From Candidatus Saccharimonadales bacterium (GTDB taxonomy: Bacteria; Chloroflexota; Limnocylindria; P2-11E), in NCBI GenBank assembly GCA_035493615.1, contig DATJHW010000082.1, positions 766 to 64,765 of the forward strand: a stretch of DNA of 64,000 nt, in the 5' to 3' direction. The translations under genes and the position numbers were made by a program. Under the pieces are notes generated by a model. That model was not told the DNA's origin. It saw nothing but the letters and a program-made list of their open reading frames with translations, and ran no database searches. Every line of letters starts with the position of its first letter. Position 1 is the first letter of the stretch. Below, one piece after another: positions 53,590-61,954 of the stretch.

Positions 53590-54361
53590 GGATGACCGTG
53601 CGCACACGCGGGTCGCCCGCGGCGCTGCGGATGATCACCTCGCCGACGCCACCTTCGATCGCCTCGCGCGCGGCCAGGATCTTCTTCTTCATCCGGCCCT
53701 GGGCGAGCCCCTCGGCCTCGTCCAGCGTCGTCTCGGGCACGAGCGAGTCCGGATCGGCGACGTCGCGCAGCAGGCCGGGCACGTTCGTGAGGATGAGGAG
53801 CGCATCGGCCTCCACCGCGACCGCGATACGGGCAGCGACCCGATCGCCGTCCACGTTCACGGCCTCGTTCTCCGTCGAGAGGGCGAGCGGCGCGACGACG
53901 GGAACGCGGCTCGGTCCCATGAGCTGCCGGAGCAGCGGCACGTTCACCGCCTTCACCGTGCCCGTGTAGTCGTCGCGGAGGATGACGGTCTTGCCGTCCT
54001 TCACCGACCGGACGGCCTTGCGCTCCGCGACGAGCAGCCGGCCAGAGAGACCGGACAGGCCGAACGCGTCGACGCCGCGCGCCTGGAGCTTCTCCACGTA
54101 GAGGAAGTTCTCGACGCCGAGCGCGGCCATCGCGAAGAGCTCGAGCGTGCGCCGATCGGTCCGCCGGCTCTCGTGGCCGGACGGCGACGTGATCGTCTCC
54201 ACCGGATGTCCGAAAGCGGCCTGCAGCTTGTCGGTCTCGGCGGAGGCGCCGTGCACGAGGACGATCTCGTCCGAGCGCGCGACGTCGGCGACGAGGTCGG
54301 CCACGCTATCGCGGTCGACGCCCGCCGAGCCTCCGGCCTTGATGACCGCCCGCAGGGTCAC
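53582..54361 (-). CDS. lysZ: [LysW]-aminoadipate kinase (amino-acid kinase family, LysZ)
   Basis: 3' part of track ORF 53582..54865, starting at GTG 54361 (GTGA overlap with the lysY stop). VTLRAVIKAGGS...VLVHGAS...NVDGDRVAARIA. Confidence 0.85.
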   Translation of the reverse strand: MTLRAVIKAGGSAGVDRDSVADLVADVARSDEIVLVHGASAETDKLQAAFGHPVETITSPSGHESRRTDRRTLELFAMAALGVENFLYVEKLQARGVDAFGLSGLSGRLLVAERKAVRSVKDGKTVILRDDYTGTVKAVNVPLLRQLMGPSRVPVVAPLALSTENEAVNVDGDRVAARIAVAVEADALLILTNVPGLLRDVADPDSLVPETTLDEAEGLAQGRMKKKILAAREAIEGGVGEVIIRSAAGDPRVRTVIHG

Positions 54362-55377
54362 GGATGCAGCCCGGGGAAGTCGAGGCCGGCCACCTCGGGG
54401 AATCCGCACGCCACGTTCATCGCCTGCACCCCGTTGCCCGCGGCGCCCTTCATCAGGTTGTCGATGGCGCACAGCGCGACGACGCGTTCGCCGCGGGGGT
54501 CCGACGCGAATCCGACATCGGCGAAGTTGGAGCCGGCAAGGAGCCTCGGCTCCGGGTAGCGAAAGATCCCCGTGCGCTCCTTCACGATCCGCACGAACGG
54601 CTCGCTCGCGTACGTCTCCCGGTACGCGCGCCAGCACGCCTTGTCGTCGACGCCGCTCTGCACCGGCACGTGCGCGGTGGCCAGCACGCCGCGAACGAGC
54701 TCGACCGCGGTGACGGAGAGCTGGATCCGGACGCCGAGCTCCTGCTCGACCTCGGCGGTGTGGCGGTGGCCGACCGGCTTGAACGAGCGCACGACGCCGG
54801 CGCGCTCCGGATGGTGCGAATCCTCGCCTGGCTCGCGCCCACCCTCGCTCGAGCCGACCTTGCACTCGACCACGATCGGGCGCGACGGATCGATGAACCC
54901 GGCGCGCGCGAGCGGCAAGAGGGCAAGGAGCGTGGCCGTCGCGTTGCAGCCGGCGCCGGTCACGAGCTTCGCGGTCCGGATCTCATCGCGGTGGAGCTCC
55001 GGGATCCCGTAGACCGCCGTGCCCAGCAGCTCCGGGTGGGGATGGTCGGCCTCGTACCAGGACCGGTAGGCGGAGGCGTCGCGCAGCCGGTGATCGGACG
55101 ACAAGTCGATCACGAGCGTGCCGCGGGACCGGAACTCGGAGAGGCGGTGCGCGCCGTTCGGCAGCGAGAGGAACACCACGTCGCAGCCGGTGACCTCGTC
55201 GTAGCGCACGAATTCGAGCGACGTGCGCTTGCGAAGGTTCGGGTGCGCGGTCGTGACCGGCTTCCCCGCGAGCGACTCGCTGCCCGCGACGATCTCCCCC
55301 ACCTCGGGGTGCCCGCTGAGCAGCCGCAACAGCTCGCCACCGGCGTACCCGCCGGCGCCGATCACGCCGACCTTCAT
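54358..55377 (-). CDS. lysY: [LysW]-aminoadipate 6-phosphate reductase (ArgC-like, LysY)
   Basis: ORF 54358..55593, trimmed to ATG 55377 (ATGA overlap with lysX). [20 protein letters not shown], and the catalytic Cys in GAGCNATATLLAL. Confidence 0.85.
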   Translation of the reverse strand: MKVGVIGAGGYAGGELLRLLSGHPEVGEIVAGSESLAGKPVTTAHPNLRKRTSLEFVRYDEVTGCDVVFLSLPNGAHRLSEFRSRGTLVIDLSSDHRLRDASAYRSWYEADHPHPELLGTAVYGIPELHRDEIRTAKLVTGAGCNATATLLALLPLARAGFIDPSRPIVVECKVGSSEGGREPGEDSHHPERAGVVRSFKPVGHRHTAEVEQELGVRIQLSVTAVELVRGVLATAHVPVQSGVDDKACWRAYRETYASEPFVRIVKERTGIFRYPEPRLLAGSNFADVGFASDPRGERVVALCAIDNLMKGAAGNGVQAMNVACGFPEVAGLDFPGLHP

Positions 55378-56234
55378 CAGGCCCGCTTCGCGACGCCGAG
55401 CGCGTAGTCGACGACCCGGCCGGGGATGTTGACGCCGGTCGTGTCGATGGAGTTGCGGAACTCCATCGTGTAGTTCACCTCGTTCACCAGGAGCCCCTCG
55501 GGCGCCTCGAGCACGTCGACCGCCACGACGCCACCGCCCACGGCCCGCGCGGCCCGAACGCAGAGGTCGTTGAGCTCGGGCGTGACCGCGCACTTCGTCG
55601 CCTTTCCACCGCGGGCGGTGTTCGTGATCCAGTGGTCCGAGTACCGGTAGATCGCGCCGATCGTCTCGTCCCCGACGACGAACGCACGGATGTCACGGCC
55701 CGGCTTCGGGACGTATTCCTGGATGTAGTAGATGGAGTGGATGTAGGTCCCGAGGACGTCCTTGTGCTCGAGGATCGACTCGGCGGCATCCCGGTCATTG
55801 ACCCGGGAGATGAGCCGGCCCCACGAGCCGACGAGCGGCTTCAGGACGGCGGGGTAGCCCAGCTCCTCGACCGCGGCGAGGGCCGACTCCGGCGTGAACG
55901 CGAGGCGGGTCCGCGGTGACGGGACGCCGTCGCGGATGAGCCGCATCGTCGTGAGCAGCTTGTTGCCGCACACATCGGCGACCTCGAACGTGTTGACGGT
56001 CGGGATGCCCCAGGTCTCCAGCACGGAGAGCGCGTACAGCGCGCGGGAATGCTGGATGCATCGCTCGAGGACCACGTCGACCCCGAGCTCCGGCTTGCGC
56101 TCGAGCGTGAGGACGAGCTCGCGATCGTCGATGACCTTGGTCGCCACGCCACGCCGCTCGAGCTCCTCGAGCAGGAGCTTCTCCTCCACGCGCACGCGCG
56201 AGAGGAGCACGCCGACGGTCGCGGTGTTACTCAC
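55377..56234 (-). CDS. lysX: ATP-grasp alpha-aminoadipate--LysW ligase (RimK/LysX)
   Basis: 285-aa RimK-type ATP-grasp protein ([23 protein letters not shown]...). GTG 56234 overlaps the lysW 3' end by 8 nt. Confidence 0.85.
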   Translation of the reverse strand: MSNTATVGVLLSRVRVEEKLLLEELERRGVATKVIDDRELVLTLERKPELGVDVVLERCIQHSRALYALSVLETWGIPTVNTFEVADVCGNKLLTTMRLIRDGVPSPRTRLAFTPESALAAVEELGYPAVLKPLVGSWGRLISRVNDRDAAESILEHKDVLGTYIHSIYYIQEYVPKPGRDIRAFVVGDETIGAIYRYSDHWITNTARGGKATKCAVTPELNDLCVRAARAVGGGVVAVDVLEAPEGLLVNEVNYTMEFRNSIDTTGVNIPGRVVDYALGVAKRA

Positions 56235-56400
56235 CCCAGTCTTCTTCGGCCTCCGGCGCGAGCGCGAGCGCGACCGGGGCGGTCGCGGTCACCTCGAGCT
56301 CGGCGCCGCAGTCCGGGCACGAGACGATCTCACCCTTCACGGCGTCGGCGCCGACGGCCACATCCGCATCGCACTCCGGGCACTTGGTCGTAGCGGGCAT
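56227..56400 (-). CDS. lysW: Amino-group carrier protein LysW (57 aa)
   Basis: Absent from the ORF track (shorter than 60 aa). Hand translation: [57 protein letters not shown]. CxxC...CxxC zinc ribbon plus the C-terminal EDWGE acceptor motif. SD GAGGGAGGA lies upstream. Confidence 0.9.
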   Translation of the reverse strand: MPATTKCPECDADVAVGADAVKGEIVSCPDCGAELEVTATAPVALALAPEAEEDWGE

Positions 56401-56434
56401 CGAACGCGGTCCTCCCTCAGCTGGTGGGAAGACT

Positions 56435-58420
56435 TTAGCCGAGCCGACCCCGCGCGCGGGCCTTGTCCTGATACATCCGCTCGTCCGCTTTCGCGATCAG
56501 CTGGTCGGTCAGCAGGCCGTCCTCGGGGAAGGCGGCGATCCCGAACGACACGCGCGGCAGCGCATGCGGCATCCCGCCCCACATGTACGTCTGCTCCGGC
56601 AGCTCGTGGGTCAGACGCATCACCAGCGAGCGGGCCTGATCGAGCGCGGTGCGTGGGAGGAGCAGCACGAATTCGTCACCACCGAAGCGCGCGACCACAT
56701 CCTCGGTCCGCGCCGTCGTACGGAGGGTCGTCGCGACCGAACGGAGGACGGAATCGCCGACCAGGTGGCCGGCGGTGTCGTTGACCGCCTTCAGGCCGTC
56801 GACGTCACAGAGGATCACGCAGAACGCGTCCCCGTGACGGCGCGCCTCGGCCGTCTCGGCCTCGAGCCGCTCCACGAGGACGCGCCGGTTCGTGAGGCCG
56901 GTGAGCGGATCGTGGCTCGCCAGGCGCCGGCTCTCGCCGAGCAGCCGCGCGTTCGAGATCGCGATGGCGGCCTGCGCGGCATACAGCCGGAACATCCGCT
57001 GGGTCTCGTTGCCCCAGTGGCGCGGCCGCCCGGAGTACAGCGACATCGTGCCGACGAGCTCGCCATGCGCGATGAGCGGCAGCGCGATCGCGGACATGAC
57101 GATGCCGTGCAGCTTCGGATTCGACTGGGGATGGGTCGAGTAGTCGGTCGCGACGGCGGCCTCGCGCGTACGGACCGATTCGAGCGCGATGCCCATGAGC
57201 GGGCCTCCCGGGTCGTCGCGCAGCTGGGGCATCTTCGACCGGTTGATCGCGCGGACGATGAGCGTCCCATCGGGGTCGGCGAGCGCGATCATCGCGCCGT
57301 CGGTCTGGGTGAGCCGCGTGACGTTGTCGACCGCGAGCCGGGCGAGATCGTCAAGCGAGATCTCGCCGGCGGTGGCGAGACCGACGTCGTACAGGGCGGC
57401 GAACTGAGCGGCGCGCCGCCGCTCGCGCTGGCCAAGGCGCCAGTTCGCGTACAGCGCGAGAGCGGCACGGATCGCGAGGAGCACGATCGTGATCGCGATG
57501 GCCGCGGCCACGAGCGGATCGGTCGCGGTCTCGCGGTCGAGCTGGCTCACGACGAGGATCGCGGCCGCCGCGATCGAGACCGCGCCGGGCAGCACCATCC
57601 GCGACACCTGCACCGCTTCCGTCGGCACGAGGGGGACCGCCTCGCCCGTCGCGTCCTCGGCCCACTGCCAGCCGGCGACACCGATGGCCAGGATGCCCAC
57701 CATCCAGAACAGATCGACGACCGTCCCAGGCTCGAACGACTGGTGCATGTACTCGGGCAGCCACACCACGAAACCGATGGCATTCAGGGCGATGCCGATG
57801 AGCAGCGAGAAGTGCGCGCGGCGGGTCTGCAGTGGAGGGAGGCCCCAGAACATCGAGAGCGCCGCACCGGTGGCGGCGACGTAGAGGATCGGATAGGCGA
57901 ACGCGACGGCGATGGCCGCGGGCTGGCGGGCGATCTCGGGCGCGAACAGACCTTCGACGTACAGCGCGACACCGGCGAGCATGGTGAGGACCGCCGCGCT
58001 CACGTCGAGAACGAGCGCATAGACGGCGAGCCGCTGCTCGTGCCCGGCGAGGAACGCGCCGCACCCGATGACGAAGAGGAGCGCGGCGATGAGGAACGCG
58101 AGATCCGCAGGCGCGGGCGGTGCCGCGGCGATCCCGGCGACGAGGGACGCATCGGCGACGAGCTGGCCGATCGCCCACGCGGTCGCGCCGAGGAACGTGC
58201 AGATCCAAGCGAGGCGCTCACGGGTCTGCGGTACGAAGGCGGCGCGTCCGGTGCCGACCACGGCGCCGAGCGCGAAGCCGGTCAGTCCGAGGTCGGCGAT
58301 GAGCTGCCGCAGCCCGCCCGGCCCCGCGAAGAGCTCCGCGAGCCACACGACCGCCGCGCCCGCGAGGCCGGCATAGAGTCCCTGCTGCGACCGCGATCGC
58401 GCGCTGAACATCGCAAGCAC
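56435..58420 (-). CDS. Polytopic membrane GAF-GGDEF diguanylate cyclase
   Basis: About 10 N-terminal TM helices, a GAF-like region, and GGDEF: DPLTGLTNRRVL...DVDGLKAVND..GH..GD...RFGGDEFVLLLP. Confidence 0.85.
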   Translation of the reverse strand: MLAMFSARSRSQQGLYAGLAGAAVVWLAELFAGPGGLRQLIADLGLTGFALGAVVGTGRAAFVPQTRERLAWICTFLGATAWAIGQLVADASLVAGIAAAPPAPADLAFLIAALLFVIGCGAFLAGHEQRLAVYALVLDVSAAVLTMLAGVALYVEGLFAPEIARQPAAIAVAFAYPILYVAATGAALSMFWGLPPLQTRRAHFSLLIGIALNAIGFVVWLPEYMHQSFEPGTVVDLFWMVGILAIGVAGWQWAEDATGEAVPLVPTEAVQVSRMVLPGAVSIAAAAILVVSQLDRETATDPLVAAAIAITIVLLAIRAALALYANWRLGQRERRRAAQFAALYDVGLATAGEISLDDLARLAVDNVTRLTQTDGAMIALADPDGTLIVRAINRSKMPQLRDDPGGPLMGIALESVRTREAAVATDYSTHPQSNPKLHGIVMSAIALPLIAHGELVGTMSLYSGRPRHWGNETQRMFRLYAAQAAIAISNARLLGESRRLASHDPLTGLTNRRVLVERLEAETAEARRHGDAFCVILCDVDGLKAVNDTAGHLVGDSVLRSVATTLRTTARTEDVVARFGGDEFVLLLPRTALDQARSLVMRLTHELPEQTYMWGGMPHALPRVSFGIAAFPEDGLLTDQLIAKADERMYQDKARARGRLG

Positions 58421-58507
58421 GCTAGGCCCGCTCGCGGCCGGGCAGAAGGGACCAACTCGTCCTGACCCGGGTGCGGTACCCGGACGGGGCGGCCTCCCCC
58501 GCCGGTG

Positions 58508-58774
58508 CTAGGCGGCCTTCTTCTTGGACCGGCTCTTCTTCACGTTGTCTCCCGTGGAGAGATCGATCTTGTGCTTGCGGGCAGCCCCGACGATCTTGCG
58601 GCGCGCGGCTTCCTTCTTTGCCGGGCTCTCGAACGTGGTCTGGTTCCAGCGAGCCATGGCGTTCCGGATGTGGCTCTCGTCGTTGAGCGGCAGGTGGCCC
58701 TCGCCGTCTTTGTCGACGTACGCGAATACGCCCTTGTTCATGCTCTTGCGCTGCTTCGCCTTCAACTCGGCCAT
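58508..58774 (-). CDS. Small conserved basic protein (resembles the DUF6582 family)
   Basis: ORF 58508..58804, trimmed to ATG 58774 behind the strong SD AGGAGGTG. FAYVDKDGEGHLPLNDESHIRNAMARWNQT. The family name is from memory and was not verified. Confidence 0.65.
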   Translation of the reverse strand: MAELKAKQRKSMNKGVFAYVDKDGEGHLPLNDESHIRNAMARWNQTTFESPAKKEAARRKIVGAARKHKIDLSTGDNVKKSRSKKKAA

Positions 58775-58852
58775 GTCAGCACCTCCTATGCGACCGGCCT
58801 GCACGCGGCGTTCCGTAACCGGGCCAGTTGGCAGGGACGCAAGGCAAGCGAG

Positions 58853-58924
58853 TGAGCCAGGAGGGATTCGAACCCACGACCAAGGGATTAAGAGTCCCCT
58901 GCTCTACCGCTGAGCTACTGGCCC
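58853..58924 (-). tRNA. tRNA-Lys (anticodon CUU); CCA not encoded
   Basis: Hand fold of the minus strand: GGGCCAG-UA-GCUC-AGCGGUA-GAGC-A-GGGGA-CUCUUAA-UCCCU-UGGUC-GUGGG-UUCGAAU-CCCUC-CUGGCUC-A. There is one U-U mismatch in the T stem. Confidence 0.85.
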
Positions 58925-59014
58925 GGTCCTAGGGTACCGAAGACGGCATCGCCGCGGTTATCCACCGCGGCGATGGCGCTCGTCAGCACGAGTGCTCGGG
59001 TCACGTCGCGATGC

Positions 59015-59158
59015 TCACGAGGCGCCGATCTTGAAGATCTTCGTTCCACAGACCGGGCAGGTGCCCTGCGTCGCAGGACGGCCATTCTTCATCGTGATCT
59101 GCTTCGCGTCCTTGATCTCTCGCGAGGCCTTGCACTTCACGCAGTATCCGGTCGCCAC
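59015..59158 (-). CDS. Small zinc-ribbon protein (DUF5679-like, 47 aa)
   Basis: ORF 59015..59209, trimmed to GTG 59158, 5 nt after SD GGAGGTG. VATGYCVKCKASREIKDAKQITMKNGRPATQGTCPVCGTKIFKIG (CxxC...CxxC). Confidence 0.7.
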   Translation of the reverse strand: MATGYCVKCKASREIKDAKQITMKNGRPATQGTCPVCGTKIFKIGAS

Positions 59159-59261
59159 CGGGTCACCTCCACGCGCGATCTTGAACGCGACGCGTTCAGC
59201 GGTACGCACCCCGTCTGAAGCGGCGGGTATCGTACCTCCACCCTATTGGACGCCAGAAACC

Positions 59262-59290
59262 ACAAAACCCCGCCACAGGGGCGGGGCTTC
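59262..59290 (-). terminator. Intrinsic terminator-like hairpin on the minus strand with no obvious upstream gene
   Basis: Minus strand (GAA)GCCCCGCC-CCUGU-GGCGGGG(UUU)UGUGGUUUCUGG: a 7-10 bp GC stem plus a U-tract. Confidence 0.45.
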
Positions 59291-59370
59291 GTGGTGAGGA
59301 AGGGAAGGGTTGGGAAGTCGTATTCAGTTGACGGCCAAGGGTGCAAGCGCCATGCCAGGTAACGACGAGG

Positions 59371-60501
59371 ATGACGCCGGTGCGGGCTGAGCTCCTATCC
59401 ATCGGCACAGAGCTCCTGCTCGGGCAGATCGTCGACACGAATTCGGCCTATTTGGCCGGTCGGCTGGCCGGCCTGGGCATCGACCTCCTGTACACCTCGA
59501 CGGTCGGCGACAACCTCGGGCGGGCCACCGAGACCGTCCGGCGGGCCATCGAGCGAAGCGACCTCGTCGTGTGCACCGGCGGCCTTGGGCCGACGGAGGA
59601 TGACCTCACCCGGGAGGCGATCGCCGCCGCGCTGGGCGAAACGCCTTCGGTCGATCCGGCCCTGGCGGCGGAGCTCGCGGCCTGGTTCGCCGGCCGCGGG
59701 GCCCAGATGCCCGAGCGCAATCGGAAGCAGGCGTGGCTCATCCCATCGGCGCGCGCGCTCGCGAATCCGCTCGGCACGGCACCCGGGTGGGACGTCCGCC
59801 GAGACGGCAGGCGGATCGTCGCGATGCCGGGTGTGCCCCGCGAGATGACCCGGATGTGGGAGGTCGAGGTCGAACCGACCCTGGGTGACGGCAGCGTCCT
59901 CCGCTGGCGCACGCTGAAGCTCCTGGGTATCGGCGAGTCGAACGTGGAAGAGGCGCTCGACGAGCTCGTCCATTCGACGGCGCCGACCGTCGCGACGTAC
60001 GCGAAGAATGACGGCGTGCACGTGCGGATCACCGACAAGGGCACCGACGGCTCCGCCGTCGCCGGCCGGATCGAGGCGATGGACCGCACGATCCGCGCGC
60101 GGATCGGCCAGCACGTGTGGGGCACCGACGACGACACGCTCGGGACGGTGGTCGGCCGGTCGCTCGTGGCGCGCGGCTGGCGGCTCGCGGTCGGCGAAGC
60201 GATCACCGGCGGGGAGATCGCGCGGGCGCTGACCGACACCGATGGCAGCGCCGCGTGGCTGGCCGGTGCGATCGTCGTGCCGGACGCCGACGAGCGAACG
60301 CTCGCCGACTGGGCGGCGCGGCTCGGCGCGGAGGTGACCTGCCTCGCACCCGCGGGCGATGGCGAGACCGCGCTCGTGGTCCGCACGCCGGAACGCGACG
60401 CACGCCGCGCGACCGTGCGCTACCGGTCCATGAGCGAGGGCCGCCGTCGCGCGACCCTCGCGGCGCTCGACCTCATCCGGCGAGCGCTGCTCGATCGCTG
60501 A
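59371..60501 (+). CDS. cinA: CinA-family protein (MoCF-type N-domain plus CinA C-domain; competence/damage-inducible, NMN deamidase-like)
   Basis: ORF 59341..60501, trimmed to ATG 59371. RAELLSIGTELLLGQIVDTNSAYLAGRLAGLGID...VVCTGGLGPTEDDLT...MPGVPREM. Confidence 0.85.
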   Translation: MTPVRAELLSIGTELLLGQIVDTNSAYLAGRLAGLGIDLLYTSTVGDNLGRATETVRRAIERSDLVVCTGGLGPTEDDLTREAIAAALGETPSVDPALAAELAAWFAGRGAQMPERNRKQAWLIPSARALANPLGTAPGWDVRRDGRRIVAMPGVPREMTRMWEVEVEPTLGDGSVLRWRTLKLLGIGESNVEEALDELVHSTAPTVATYAKNDGVHVRITDKGTDGSAVAGRIEAMDRTIRARIGQHVWGTDDDTLGTVVGRSLVARGWRLAVGEAITGGEIARALTDTDGSAAWLAGAIVVPDADERTLADWAARLGAEVTCLAPAGDGETALVVRTPERDARRATVRYRSMSEGRRRATLAALDLIRRALLDR

Positions 60502-60514
60502 CACTGACGAACAC

Positions 60515-60580
60515 GATCCCGCAGCGGACAGTCGACCCGACGATCGTCGTGTCGAATGCTTCGAAGTCCACTGCGGGATC
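60515..60580. repeat. Nested inverted repeats in the convergent intergenic region (probable terminator or structured element)
   Basis: GATCCCGCAG (60515-60524) pairs with CTGCGGGATC (60571-80), a perfect 10-nt inverted repeat. It encloses the near-palindrome GACCCGACGATCGTCGTGTC and the hairpin CGAA-TGC-TTCG. Confidence 0.5.
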
Positions 60581-60636
60581 GGACGAGGGTCTAGCAGGCA
60601 GACGCGATGCCAGCGCGCGTCACGGCGCGTAACGGT

Positions 60637-61785
60637 TCAGCGACGGGTCGGGCTGGGGCTCGGCGAGCGCTTCGTGGCGCGCTTCGCCTTTTCGACGGCG
60701 AGCGCTGCCTTGTGCGCCGCTTCCTTCGCCTTGTCGGCGGCGAGTCGCGCGGCGGTCGCGTTCACGGGCGGAGCTTGGACGAAGATCTCATCGGCCGTCG
60801 CGTCGTCGGCCTCCGGATCGGCGGTCGGGGCCGGACGCGGCGTCGCGGCGTCGCGCGTATCACCGGCGGCTCGTCCGAGCGGGCCGGTCGTTGGCTGCGC
60901 GGTCGACGGGTCGGTCTGCGGCGTGACCGTCGCGCGCGGCGCCGCCGTCCGCTGGGAGTCCGCGAGCTTCGCGCGATCGTCGGCGAGGGTCGACAGGCGC
61001 GAGGTCATCGCGGCCGCCTGGTCCGCGATCCTCGTCGCGGGCGAATCCTTGCTCGGAGCCGAGGTCGCGCCGACGGACGCAAGCACCGCCGCGGCGACGG
61101 CCGTGCGTGGATCGGCTGCCAGCCGCGTCGCGATCTCGACGACGCGCTGCTGGCTCAGCGTCAGCGCGGTCTGTACCTGGGTGACCAGCGCGGCGGTGGC
61201 GGGGTCGCTCGACTCGACGGTCGCGAGGTCGGCGGCCGCGTCCGCGAGCGAGCTGCCGTAGCTCGCGGTCGCGATGATGCAGTCGTCCTCGAGGCCGTTC
61301 GCCGCCAGACGCTCCGCCTCGCTGAGGCGATGGTCGGCGATCGAGAGCTCGACCGCGGCACGATCTTCCACGCTGATCGCGATCGCCAGACGCAGCTGCT
61401 CGCCGGCGAGCTTGAATCCGTAGAGCGCGTCGGCGGGAAGCGAGTCGGCGCTCGCGACGGTCGCGCCGCCGAGGACCCCGGCGACGATCAGACAGACGGC
61501 GAGCGCCCGAACCAGCATCGGTGCGGGCATGCCGATGAGCGCGAAGATCCCGTACACGCGGTCCGAGGTGGTCGGCTTGGCCGGCGCGAGCGCCGCGAGG
61601 ACGGTATTGCGCATCCGCACGCGACTCGCCGGATCCGGCCGGAGGTCGCGCTCGCTGAGCCGGAGCGCCGCCGCGACCGCCTCCCGGAGGATCGGATCCT
61701 GGATCTGCTCCAGACGCCGAACCCCCCGGGCGACCGCCTCGAGATTCTCCGTGAAGTCGCCGCGTGCGCCTCGTCCGCTCACCAC
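60637..61785 (-). CDS. Membrane-anchored DUF5667-like protein (possible anti-sigma-type), Ala/Pro/Thr-rich C-terminus
   Basis: Single central TM helix (MLVRALAVCLIVAGVLGGATV) followed by ALYGFKLAGEQLRLA, typical of DUF5667 (family name from memory), then a low-complexity tail. Confidence 0.6.
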   Translation of the reverse strand: MVSGRGARGDFTENLEAVARGVRRLEQIQDPILREAVAAALRLSERDLRPDPASRVRMRNTVLAALAPAKPTTSDRVYGIFALIGMPAPMLVRALAVCLIVAGVLGGATVASADSLPADALYGFKLAGEQLRLAIAISVEDRAAVELSIADHRLSEAERLAANGLEDDCIIATASYGSSLADAAADLATVESSDPATAALVTQVQTALTLSQQRVVEIATRLAADPRTAVAAAVLASVGATSAPSKDSPATRIADQAAAMTSRLSTLADDRAKLADSQRTAAPRATVTPQTDPSTAQPTTGPLGRAAGDTRDAATPRPAPTADPEADDATADEIFVQAPPVNATAARLAADKAKEAAHKAALAVEKAKRATKRSPSPSPTRR

Positions 61786-61954
61786 ACCTACTAACGGCCT
61801 GGCTGGCCGCTCCGCTACGCCACGTGAGTGGCCTCGAAATACGCCAAAACGCGCACGATCCGAGCGAATTCCCCGGTCGGACGGTCAGGGCGTGGATGGA
61901 CGGTGGACAACCGTCACGGATCGAAACGCGCCGAACAGGCTGCCTGTTGCGGGT

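Noticed and set aside
58421-58507. Small hairpins (CCGGGT-GCGGT-ACCCGG and GGCGG-N6-CCGCC) between the DUF6582-like gene and the GGDEF gene as a terminator
   Set aside because: The stems are only 5-6 bp with no U-tract. In this GC content such hairpins are expected by chance, so they are not reported as a feature.
59294-59368. A 24-codon plus-strand ORF (GTG GTG AGG AAG GGA AGG ...) in the purine tract upstream of cinA
   Set aside because: It is very short, has poor third-position GC compared with real genes, and has no SD. It is more likely non-coding; see the terminator/sRNA finding.
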